DNA from: Spizellomyces punctatus DAOM BR117
Taxonomy: Eukaryota
Length of the DNA stretch: 64,000 nt
Reading direction: 5' to 3' (one strand)
NCBI GenBank assembly: GCA_000182565.2
Contig: KQ257464.1
The stretch's first letter is position 1. Each line of letters begins with the position of its first letter. Shown here in pieces: positions 52,150 to 64,000 of the stretch. The translations under genes were made by a program, and so were the position numbers. The notes beneath the pieces were generated by a model. That model had not been told where the DNA came from, ran no database searches, and was given only the letters and a program-made list of their open reading frames with translations.

Positions 52150-52857
52150 GTAGAAGTATTCCATCTGACGTCCTGATTGAGATCAAGTGGAGCTTGAACC
52201 ACCGCTTCAAGATTAATGAACAGCAAATGAGCAGCCAGTATATTTCCTTGCTTATTTATTGTACTTAAAGAGGATGTTCCCCAAGGTGCCATACATTGCC
52301 TTATGAAAATGTAATTTACCTTAATATACTATAAAAATCACTCACTGAAAATGAGATTGGCCTCCATTGATTGATTGATCACTCTCAAATATAGCTAAAA
52401 TTAGCACGCTGTACGGCACTTCTTCTATAGTCTCTAAGATGGGTATCGTCGTAGCAAATGTTGCCAGTAGGGCGGCCATCAGCAATTACATCAACTGAAG
52501 GAATTCAGTAGATGGGTATAAAATTTCAGTCTCTCGCAAATACATTGCTAACGCCACGGTTTTGAATTGATCTTCGACACATCTGAAGTGTTAGGGCGAG
52601 TACGAGATGATGATCTTGCGAAGGAAGGATCCAGTTCCCTCAGCTCGTTTAACGTACGCTGTTGCAAGCTCTCTCAACCCATCCTCCATGCGCGTGGGGG
52701 ACAGCACAGACCACTTCCTGCGCCACATCGGCTTTCGTAATGCCAACCCCGCCCGCGCGATCAAACTTACGCGCCAGCCTTCGGTTTCCGTTGTGACTAC
52801 CAATTGAACATCTTCTCCATATGTTCAACAAGTATACCATTTTCACACATTCCCACT

Positions 52858-55800
52858 ATGCCCGCGCCTTTGCTAAATGAGTACAAGAGCAAATTCGCAT
52901 TTCGTCGATTTGTTCGAACACTTTCTGGCGGCCCACAACTTGCACCACCTGATACTCCAACTTCAAATGCAGTTGCATTATACGCGTTACAGGGATTTGT
53001 ATACTTTATTCCATGGGTGGGTGCGGCTATAGTGTATGGTATATGGGGTGATGCGGGATGTGGATTTGGTAGTGGGCCAAATGTCGGGTACGGAGGTGAG
53101 GTGAGAGCGTGGAGTGTGCGGTGTTCCCTTTTGATTGGCACTATCTGAGCATACATAGCCGAGATGAGCTATACTCCTAACTATCATCTTTTTATCTAGC
53201 CTTGATGCTGGTCCTGATCATATTCCTACATATGCCGTCGTACATTTCCCTTCGCCGCCGTCACGCCCCTGCTGTAAATACCAATGTGCTGCCAAGTGAT
53301 GCAGAAGAGCTTCCACTGCAAGGGCCCTTGATGGTATCCGCCTATACCTATGCAATTGAAGAATTCCAAGAGCTGAAAAATGGGCTGTGGGTTGCACATA
53401 GAGTCATGCAAACTGTTCTCTCAGGATTCTTTCTGAGTGCGTGCCTAGCATACTTAGCGCCTGGGACCTTAAGAGAACGGTGAGCTGCCCGTCTTAATTA
53501 ATGTTGTAGATCTGAACTCATATCTTGCACAAGATATGGGAGCAATGGTGCTGCATGGGTGATGTACGCTTTGGGTTGGATCACAGTATTGATGGCGCAA
53601 TGGTCGCTGACTTGGTAAGTAATGAAGTAAGCCAAGTTTGTCTGTCCTAAAACGTGCTTGTTGACTGGCGTTGCAGTACTCCACCACCAGAACCGAATAC
53701 GTAAGTGTTGCTACTGTGGGCTTGTTCCAATGCTTCGCGCATATCAAATTGACAAATGCTGGGGACAAATGTGCCGCTAGATACTACACGGAAGATCCAT
53801 GGAAGATAGACATTTACACTCGGCCCTTTTATCTCATATTACTGCTCATTATTGGTGGACTACAAGTAGGTGACACGTCAATCATCCAGTTACGGTATTT
53901 GGGACGAATCCGACGCTAATATTGCCTATCCGCCTGTTAGATCTGGATCCCCCAGCTTGATATTGCCAATTTTTATCTGTGCATTCTATGGGTAATATTT
54001 CCCCTCTTATGGACAACTGGAATTGCTCCTTCACTGAGAATCTTTCTAGCAACCGCGTTTGAAAAGGTGAGGTTCAAGTGAGAACCTACCATGAAGTGAC
54101 CAACTTAAAGATATCCAATAGGCGCATACAGTACTTACCGCGGCGTCTCCGACGCTTTCCCCGAAACGCACTGCCCTCCTTTTCCTCTTTACAACCGTAC
54201 CTAGCATTGCAGTCACTTGCATCCTTCTCGTTTGCGTCTCGCCACTTGCTGCATTGTGCTTTTCAGCGATAGCAGGATGTATTGTCGCAAGTCGAGTGTG
54301 GCTAGACTGGAGAACCGTTCGTACCAGCCGAACAAACGACTTTCCACATCTCATAGCACAAGTACGCCCGAGCATCGAATCACTCTACCTTTGCATCCGT
54401 TTGGTTATCTTGGCTGCTGTCGTTGCTGCCATCGGTGAAACATCGGACGACCTGATGGAGCATCCAGCGACAGTTGTTCTTCTTATCCTGGTGATACTTT
54501 TAACGTCTCTGCTCATAACCTCTCACGAGCTACAGCAAGTCCATATTCCCAGTTGTTTGCCGGTGCTGCGCAATCCATTACGAAGTTTCATTGGGCATGG
54601 CGACGCTATCCGCCAGCGAATAGTCCGAAATTTTGGCATTTTGCATATGCTCGCTTACCACTGCTTACCGTACGCTGTAACGGGGTGGATCCTGGCAGAG
54701 GCTTTAGAAGACTTCGGTACTCGGTCGAACAAACCATATCGGGAAGCGTGGTTTTGGGCCGGCCTTATGCTAATGAGAGCGTTCAGGTATGCCTGGATTG
54801 GACCGGGCACGGCGGGAATTGTAATTTGCGGTGTTGCTATCGTGGACGCCGGAGTCGAGTACGGCAACTGGTGGTTAGGGCTAAACGTTGGTACAAGAAT
54901 ATTGATTGTCTCCATCGTATGGGAAGCCGCAGTAAGGGCGTGGTGGAAATGCGGATTTTGGGTGATGGCATTAGCTGGTTTTCTGGTAAGTTTTAGCCGG
55001 GCGTAATTTGTGGCTCTCGTTTAATATAGTGGTGGTTTTCTCCTTTAGTTTAACAAAAAAGAGCGACGACCTCAATGGTATCTCTATCTGCTCGTCAGCA
55101 TGATAGTGACACCGCCGGTGATCGTTGTTAGTAGCGTAATCGATGCTCCCATGCTCCCCGTCATGGGGTTGCCCATATTCTGGATGGGGTTTCCTAGACC
55201 AGCACGATTTTGGCCTTCATTGGGTATGGGACATGAACCGAGCGTCCACGATATGCTTCGTTGTAGTTCAACTTACTCTATTAAGCAGACCGCGATTATG
55301 TCCCGTCTTCCGATTCCCTTCTCTATTCAAGCCTTCTGCCTAAACTTCTTCCCAAGCTGTCTGCTCAAATCTCACAGGGCGCACTTCCATCAATTTCACC
55401 ATCCAGCAACATGTTACTTATCCGCCTCGATTCTCGTCTATTGATCGTCCGCTGTGTGGAATGTTACTTTGAGGGCGTCATGTGTCTTATAGCAGGTGTC
55501 GAACTTGAGCCGACTAGCTGCCATGCGTTAGAAGGAACTGAGGTAGACAACATTTTGGAGGGTGTGTTAACTGGCAAAGACTTGAAGTTGGGGAATAGTA
55601 ACATTTGGAAAACTCTGAAGGTGCGCCCAGTTTTTCACCTGTTCATCGTCGCTGCAGTGCTAAACAATTTCGTTTCGGATTGCAGCCTAAAGGCGTAGTG
55701 AAAACTGACACATACATCAGCACACGGACTGTCGTCACAGGCGTCCTTGATCACCCAAGTGTTCTTCGGCAAATTCCGGCAGTCTTCATGAAAGCATTGG

Positions 55801-57206
55801 TATGGTGCTTTGCTCGGAAACTAGGCCCGCAAGATGTTAAAAGGTGCTTTCGAAGCAGATGCGCATCCAAACATTGGAAATATTATTTACTCTTGCCCTA
55901 TTGTGTCAGGTTTGCATCAACCATACCTCACCTAAACCGAGAAGTCATCCAAGCGTGCATGCCTCTGTTCCCTGCGAAATGGTACGACTTCTTGGAGTTT
56001 CTTAAAGCACGGAAAAGGCATCATTCGGTGGCAGACATCAAGAATGAGATGGAATGTGAAAGCCAAAACAATTCAATGGAAGCTGCAGCCCTTCTTGCTA
56101 GTGTTTGCTATGCAGTTGTGTTTGGCATCAGTAAGTTGTTCGGTTCACACGGCGATTGGGGGGTATTGAAAAGAAAGAATTCCAACTTTATTCATCTCCC
56201 TGACCTGTCTCGCACGCAGATACGCCGACTGCCGCGCCTTCACCAGTTGCCGACCTCCGTACTCTTTTTCGCATTTATCATGGTGACCTACCCTCCCTTC
56301 CCTCAGCAGGTCGCCTTTGGCTTGATGCTGCCGACCATTCGGAGCTTCGTTGGATTTGCTTGGTGTCGTTTCGGTGGGCGGTCAGGACAATCTACGAGCG
56401 AGCAGGGGAAGAACCCCAGGAAGAGGAGTTTGATGATATTAACGTAAGTGAAGAAACTGCTCGCCCGCTGGCTCGCTGTACTTGTAAAGTAATGCGTTAT
56501 TTATAGGCGCTTTTCGAAGCATATGATACCGTGCATCACACCTCCCTTGACCCGTCTTCTTTGCTGTCTAATCCGCTGCCATTCGATACGGCATCAACAC
56601 CTACTGCCTGGCGTAGTGTGCTTGCGCGCGGCGGAGAATCATTATTTGGGATGTATCTGCAAGCAGACGGCATGCGAGGCAATACTGTGGGAGTCCGGAT
56701 GATCAAAAAGGAGAGAGATGTATGTTGTTGGGTGGGCGAAGTGAACGGAGAAGCAGTTAGAGTAAGTCAGCTTAAACAATTATGGCATCGTTCACTTGCT
56801 AGATGATTATTTTTAAATGTTTCCGATTGACTACTTTGGTAGGGCATCTGGGCGAACCTCGTTTTTGAGCTGCTCTATTTAACAAACGACGATGATGGTG
56901 TGTTCCTGCTTTGGTTTTCTGTTCAGGCAACTCATCATGTCATTTACTTTCCTGATTTCTTTCCTTCTTTTCATCTCAGAGCGATACAGCATTCAAGCTC
57001 ACCCGGTACGAGAGCAGTCTTATCAATCACAGTGGTTTTCACACTATCTGACATCATACTTTCCTTAGCTACTACTCCGAAATCTCACAGTGCAAACGTC
57101 CAATCCGCCATTGGGCTATCCATTGTATCTCGGACACGGTGCAATATCTCTACCTATATGGGGAACTGGTGCCAGGAGGGACAGACGAGTGAATATCGAA
57201 GGTTGA
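52858..57206 (+). CDS. Pecanex-like membrane protein (PCNX4-like)
   Basis: N-terminus MPAPLLNEYKSKFAFRRFVRTLSGGP; central DAPMLPVMGLPIFWMGFPRPARFWP and GVELEPTSCHALE. Spliced C-terminal pecanex motif [49 protein letters not shown]; stop at 57206. Confidence 0.85.
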
Positions 57207-57463
57207 TTGACGGGGAAAGATGGCGAAGGTGTGCAGGCACCCTGTAGCGTCAAAGGAACACAACCTTTCAAAGATACAAACTATGACTTTTTGAAACCTG
57301 CCTATAGCAGCACAGGGGCCTGCATCAGTGGATGTCTGGGCCGAGATGGAAACCTTAGTTTGATTTCTATAATATTTAGGTGGCATTAAGACCGTGGGTA
57401 TAGTAAGGCGTCTGCCTGCCATGATGAATAGGTCAATGTCCAACAGTAGCGGGCGATCCAATG

Positions 57464-60400
57464 TCAAATCCTTTCAATGAGCCGTTCGGAAGGGTTCTCT
57501 CCTAGCCTCTCACTAACCCATTGCAGAACTTCATCACCTCTCTCAGTTCTAAAAAAATATCCGGTGGTAGCCCTTTCAAGCCCTCTTTTTAATCCGATTA
57601 GAAGCCTATCTGCTTCTCCTGGCTTTTCCTGACTATCCCGCTTCCTGGCAAAATCGTCCCACTGCTCAATAATTTTCATGTCAGGGCATCCCGCAATAGC
57701 GTTCTCTACAGCGACTGCCATCCGTCCACTTTTGGAGCTCGAATAAAAATCGAAGATAAATGGCAGTAAATGGGAACACGCTAAAGGGGAGGCAGTCGCC
57801 ACCGTCTCGATGGCTGACATGCGTTCCGAGGGTGAAACGAGGTCCTGCTTTTGGAGCAGGTCAAGTAGGCGATCAATTTGGGCGCTATCTTGTGTGCTTG
57901 CAAGTGCGCTCAAAATGTCTCCTGCCGGCTTGGGTCCCGATTGTTTTGTGTACAAATCGAACATAATATCAAAATTCTTCGAGGTATTTCGAACCGCTGC
58001 GATGTAAACGAGATCCAGAAGCTCTTCCGATGGCAAATCATCCTCTTTATTATCCAAAAGAGCTGAAAAATACCGCATTGCTTGGGAGGTAACTTGTTGC
58101 TCTTGCATATCAATAGCGAGTGACAAAATCGCTCGGCGCATAAGATCCTGCATATGTTGATCGTTACTGTTACCGGCCTTGGCCTTCCATCCAACCTTTA
58201 CTACAATATCTTCCAGGAGGCGGCGGAACCAGGCTCTCACGCTATTTGCCGCGACATGGTAACCCAGACTTTTTTCCAACTCCTTTAATGCGTCACTAGC
58301 CGTCAGCCAGACGATCGGATCAGTTTCACGTTTCAGGAACAGCAGGCATGGAAATCCATCCTGGGCGATTACCCTATTTGAAAGCACCAGTGCAATAACA
58401 TCAGATACAATTCCTGCACGATCTGCAGGTCGTAGACTGGTTGGATTGGTCAACAGCAATTCGGAAAGCAGTTTATAAGTTGTTGCTCCATATTGTGTGC
58501 GATAAAATCCTGTACGATTGGGATTTGCTAGGATAAGGGATTCCGGAGAAAGCTCGGATATGGGAAATAAGCTTGTCGGGTCCCGTAAGGTGACGGAATG
58601 CACAGATTTGACATCCGAAAGAATTGCAAACTCAAAGGGCACGACCCAAGTTTGATCTTCGGTGTTCTCCGGGCTTGCCCAAAGCGTGAATCGACGTTGG
58701 CTCAACCGGAGGACACCATTTTCAGGGATAACAGTGATAACGGGATATCCAGGGCGGGAAACCCATGTGTCCATCATGGAACGCACCACGTTATGATCTC
58801 CATCGACCGTCCCAACAATAGCGGACATGTCAGCCCACAGATCTGCGGTGGTAGCAACGCCAAAGCGACATCGGGTCAGGTATTTCCTTATTCCTTGGCA
58901 GAATCCTCCGCACATATGCCTATCGTCAGTCTTTGAATTCATCCACGACTTCAGCATTCCAACAATTGCAGCCCCCTTATCGTATGTGATATCGTCAAAT
59001 ATCCTGGGAATCGTGCGTTGGTCATCGACCGCCATGGTAACAGGATGGGTGAAGGAGGATGAATCCGCCCGGAATGCCAGCACATGTTCCATGTAAAAAA
59101 ATTGTGACTCAAGATCCCATGAAGGCTCAATGGCAGAAACTGCCTGGTATTGCATAAACTCTGCGAACCCTTCATTAAGCCACCTATAAACAAAATTATT
59201 AGACTTGTTCGTAGAATAGATGAAGACGTAAATGCTTACAGATCGTTCCACCATCTCATCGTGACAATATCACCAAACCACTGAAAACCCACGTCATTAG
59301 CACAGAATTACTTAATTAAATTGATCAAGACACAACCTGGTGTGCGATTTCATGTGCCACCAGCAATGCAATAGTTTGCTTATCTTCCGCTGAAGAGGTC
59401 TCAGACGACATTAGCAAGTCTTCTTCGAAGATCATCAAGCCAAAATTTTCCATAGCGTCGCCTTGGAAAAATCAAATACGTTCATCAAATGAAGAGTGCG
59501 CGGGACTTTGCAGGAAACTCACCTGAGAAATCTGGCATCGGAAACAAATCGAGTTTTGGCAGCGGGAACGGAATTCCATATTGACTTTCAAAAAATTCAA
59601 GTGACCGCAGCGCCACGTGTAAGGGATATCTAGTAGCTAATGTTCAGCTGTTTACATGGAACCCCCGGGTTACGTTGCAAAGATAATGGTAACGAACCGT
59701 GCGTCGCTCTGTTGACCAGGTCTAAAGAATACTCTCATGTCTACTCCGCTTTCTGTCTTGTTTTCCACACTCTTGAAATCCCCGATCGCCCAAGCGGCCA
59801 GATAAGTGCTCATCGGCGGGGTCGGTTGGAACTCAAACCGCGTGAATCGCGCACCATCTGCGCTCGCATCCAAATCATGTATTCTCGCAGCGGGCATGTT
59901 CGACAATGCATACAACCCCTTCCTTACTGTGATGGCGACGCGGAATTCCGCTTTCAAGGATGGCTCGTCAAAGCACGGAAACGCATGCCGAGCCCAAAAA
60001 GGTTCAAAATGCGTTGCAGCAACGTATCGTACTTCATCCGTTGATGCGTCGCGGTACGGGCTGCGGTAGAATCCATGCATTGTTCTATCTCCAATGTGTC
60101 CTTTATAGCTGATTACGAGGGTATAATTCATGGGGCGAATGACCTTTGAAAAGTGAAGAATAGTCATCCCATTGTCTGGGTCGGACGCGGCACTAGACGG
60201 AAAAACGATTGTGTTGCTGGCAAGGTGATGGACGAATGTATCTGAGAGTTCAAGCCCAACCGAGTGGAATGTGATATTGCTCGTGGACTCCAGAACTTCA
60301 ATTGTAACATTCGCCTGTCCATTGAATATAGCGGTCTCCAAGTCTGCCATAAAATCGAGGGTATAAGTTCGAGCAACAATCGAGGTTGGAAGCCAAGTCC

Positions 60401-60851
60401 CCGGCTGGCGTGCCTGGGTAGGTTCATGCCGTGTGAAGGCTTTCAGAATAATAAGGAAGAGAATCGTTGAAGCTACAACAGTTGCCAATGGTATCATCCA
60501 TTTGCGCTGTCGGCGGAAGTGTGAGGTAGTTAGCAGTTCCCTGTCGCTGGGAAACAGTGTTCCCCAGGAAATCTGTCGGCGCCCTCGATTTGTTTCCTGT
60601 CCGGGTAGCAGTGGATCCAGCTCTTGGGGGACATCCATGTTACGAACATTTTCTTCAGGGTCGCGACGGACTCGTTCGAGAGGGGCATCGCGAGATGCGT
60701 TGGACGACATTGGACTGAACAGCGCGGGGCGAGTTTGGGCGTGTTTTCTTGGTGAGTCAGCAGCGAGCGCCTCACTGACTTGCCCATTTCTTGGTTGCAA
60801 AACACCCCGATTTACGCCCTCCAAAGTATTTAAATTCATCAGGGATGTCAT
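57464..60851 (-). CDS. M1 family zinc aminopeptidase with an N-terminal transmembrane anchor (aminopeptidase N/ERAP-like)
   Basis: Transmembrane segment near the N-terminus, then GFYRS, THFEPFWARHAFPCFDEP, TPPMSTYL, LPKLD, DAMENFGL, AHEIAHQWFG, WLNEGFA and FDDITYDKGA, followed by an ERAP1_C-like tail. Confidence 0.93.
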
Positions 60852-60994
60852 AATCCGAGCATGTGTTGGGGGAGCATTCTCCCATCTCTCAATATGGCAA
60901 TAAACAGCAGGAAAAAACATGACAGGTAGGTTTAAATGTTTAGCCCTATATTGACTCCACAATATACACCAACCCCTCACAAACATCAGGACAT

Positions 60995-61506
60995 TTACGC
61001 CTTTTGAGCAGCAGGCTTCTTGTCCTTTTGGAAGCCACGGAAGCGCTGGGGCGGGGTACGGTCACGACGACCCTCAACGGAACGAACACGGACAATCTTC
61101 GAGTGAATAGCACATGACACGCAGTAGTGCATCTTGATGTACAACTTGGGAAGGGCGTACTCTGCAGCCATATAGATATGAGATGAGTAAGACGAAGCGG
61201 ATATGCTCCCCGGGCCCAGAATATATGTACATACCCTCGAAGACCGAAGCATCGGCCAAGTCACGGATGGCGGCCTGCTCAACCATGTTGCGGATCAAGA
61301 ACCTCTTGATGGCCTTGTCCTTGGGAACGCAACGAGCACAGTTAGAGCAGCGCACGGGCTTGACGTGGCCACGGCCGTGCTTTGCGCGTCCGTTGTTCCT
61401 CCTCTTTTGAGTCTAGAGTACCCGGAAAAAGAGAAGGTTAAAAAAGTGAGCTACATATTCCCTTTCCCCATGCAATCGTTGTGTTCTCAGCCGACCCGCT
61501 GACCAT
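60995..61506 (-). CDS. RPS26: 40S ribosomal protein S26 (eS26)
   Basis: ATG-only first coding exon (61504-61506), then [38 protein letters not shown], an intron, and [28 protein letters not shown]. Confidence 0.97.
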
Positions 61507-62158
61507 CCTTTGTCCCGCACCGGTTCAGCAATTCGTTGTCGCCCCACATTCCATCCGACCATTTCCAGCCAGAATGATCTGCAGTACAGAGATCCATATA
61601 ATGCGCTCAACATTTCCACTTCCTTTCCGCCAGTAGCCCCATATCCATTCGATCACGTCTGCATCCCCAAGTATTTCCCAACATAGATTCGCGCAAATGT
61701 CCACATTTCTCCACCACATGTCCACCGACGAGTCCGCCTCCCGGCACCTTGCCAATCATCCATCCATCCATCCAACGCAACATGAACCGGCGGGGAACCG
61801 AACGAGCAGCGGGCTTGCGGCGAAACGATGCGACCTGTCTCTAGAATCGATGGATGGATAAAACTCACCATGATGGATTTCGTCCAAGGACTTCACGGAA
61901 GGCAAAAGAGGAATTGGGAATCGAGAAAGGACGAAATTCTGGGTCGCGCTCGCCTTCCCCCTTCAGGCTGCAAATGGAAATGGACTGTGCCGCACTGTGA
62001 TTGGATCATCATATCATGTGACCAGACGCGATCTTGCAGCAAGTTGCTTCTTAACGCGTCCTCCTCGTCTTTGGCATTGAGGAAATTTCGTCACAAAATG
62101 CACCCATTTATCTAGGGGATACTCCCAGCCTGGCATCAAAAGATTCCTGTGGATAGCT

Positions 62159-64000
62159 ATGACTGATTTCAGGACCAAAAATGTGCCACTGGACTGGAGT
62201 AGGGTGCTCCAGTTCGACGTGGACGGGCTGTCTCAGCAGGTTAGTTCAAGTTGCTCTTTATACCTATTCCCGCGTGCTTGCTGATGTGTGTTTGTCGTGC
62301 TAGCATCCTGAGCAGATTGATAAAGAGCTAGAAGACCTATATGAGGTGCTGGTGGAAGCCCACTTGCGCCCAGGCGACCCGCAGGCAACACCCGAAAACC
62401 TGCTCCGCCTATTCCGAGTAACCCAAGCTGTTATGGAGTAAGTGCACGACGAAAGACTTATGTACCAGCTACGTAAAGGACGCATTTGGTGCGCACTTTG
62501 AAGGCACATAGAATGTCGCGTGGGGCAGAATGGTAGATTATGGACCACTCAATTTAGATCCCCACCATAGGAATAAAAACCTTTACTTGGTACAAGCGGA
62601 AGAGGACATACGCGCGCTTGAGGTGAGATTGGGCCGTAGTACACACACACTGCGGATATTGTTTGACCTATCGAGGCTGTTCAGACCCGAGTACAACAAC
62701 AAGACGACGAGATGGACGGGTTAATGACCGGAGGAGACGCTTCATACGTTGCAGGTAGAACCACAGGCGATTAGCTATTTTCATAGACTTGAAATTGACT
62801 GATTGGTTAATCTGGGGAAAGAAATTCGAACTCTTCGGGGAGATATTGAAGACCTTGAAAAGCGGAATGACGCATTGACCAGAGATTTAGCTGAGGCTGA
62901 GGAGCAATTGGATGCTGAAAGGAGTACTATGAGGGAGATGACTGCGGTAAGATGTCATTTACACCAGTTAAAAATGGTAGTATGAACTCATGCATTGGTC
63001 GCACTTAGCAATTATCGACGGAGAGAGCGCGAGCATCCGCCCTTGAAGAAGCTGCCACCCGTATGAAGGCCGAAATTAAGGACTATCAATCCCAGATCCA
63101 GAACCGCAAAGACCGTTTGCAACTCAAGAATATGGACGAGGATCAGATCCGGAAGCAACTGCGGGTTGGCTTTTCCTCTTATTGGCCTATCGTCGTGACT
63201 AGATGGGGATTAACCCTCATTGGTCGAACATTGTCTGTATAGGAAAAGAACGGAGAGATTAACCGCTATCTTGCCGAGGTGGAACTGCTAAGTGCAGAGA
63301 ATACGAGGCTTACTGACGAAGTTCAGACAATGTCTCAGGAATTGGAGGCGACAGTAACGGAGTTGGACAGGTGCAGGAACTGAGTTTCGAGACGAAATGC
63401 TCCCTATCTGACAGCTCACATTTCTATTTACAGGAAGGAGAGCGAACTGGAGGAAATTCAGCGCGTCATTATTGATAATGACAACACCATCGATCAATTG
63501 ATCGACGAACGGGCGGCATTGCAGACGAAGCTCGAAGATTTGACCCAACAGGTTGAAACCGTGGGCTTTCAAGATGAACGCTTCCTTACCGAGCTTCAGG
63601 AAGAGGTGGAAAGTTACAAGCAAGCGATGCGGGATTCAGAGTCCGATGCCTCAGAAAAGGCCATGTTGATCCAGCGCTTGAAAGGCGACATCTTGAATTT
63701 GCAAGAGGAGCTGAAAACATATAATGTGGATGCGGTCAGCAAAGCGATGAGTGAGAAGGATGACATCATTGCAACATTGCAGGACAAACTCAACGAAGCT
63801 TATCACGATTTCGAGCTTTTGAGCATAGACTGGGACAATATTGATAAGGCTCTCTACACAAAAAGTGAAATTGACCTCGATTCTCTTCGTAGTCAATTGG
63901 AAACGGCGAATCAATTGAAAGAGAAACTGGACGCATATAAAGCTCGTCACAAAAAGAATCTACAGAAGATACGTGCCGTTGATGCCCAATTGGAGGAGAA
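62159..64000 (+). CDS. CEP290: Centrosomal/transition-zone protein CEP290, 5' portion (runs off the window)
   Basis: MTDFRTKNVPLDWSRVLQFDVD...PENLLRLFRVTQAVME matches the recalled CEP290 N-terminus (W..I...D...HLFRITQSLM). Multi-exon coiled coil follows (LSQELEATVTELD). Confidence 0.75.

Noticed and set aside
62043-62056. Possible RFX X-box (GTTGCTTCTTAAC) upstream of CEP290
   Set aside because: Poor match to the second half-site.
1-64000. tRNA, rRNA, CRISPR arrays or prokaryotic operons
   Set aside because: None recognised by eye, and the gene structure is eukaryotic. tRNAscan-SE and Infernal would be needed to exclude small ncRNAs.

Overview
This is intron-rich eukaryotic DNA (short GT-AG introns, mostly ~50-110 nt) with about 19 recognisable or probable protein-coding genes. 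Fungal markers (Pom152, GATA finger with C-x2-C-x18-C-x2-C spacing, fungal-type C2H2 factors) occur with flagellar genes (CEP290, a WDR87/97-like protein), which points to a zoosporic fungus such as a chytrid (inference). In order: WD40 protein, hypothetical gene, GATA factor, MARVEL protein, F-box protein, a stop-interrupted intronless DUF6908-like ORF, PhoD-like phosphatase, PH-CLU-TPR protein, membrane protein, Pom152, C2H2 factor, basic unknown ORF, acetyl-CoA transporter, secreted Cys-rich protein, second C2H2 factor, CDF metal transporter, pecanex (PCNX4-like), M1 aminopeptidase, RPS26 and the 5' part of CEP290. I could not support any rRNA, tRNA, CRISPR array or intact transposon. The most unusual signal is an intronless, bacterial-looking 160-codon frame at 18601-19080 (-) with two in-frame TGA codons, which the ORF track shows only in part. 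All family calls come from motif recall, not database searches, and exon boundaries were read by hand.
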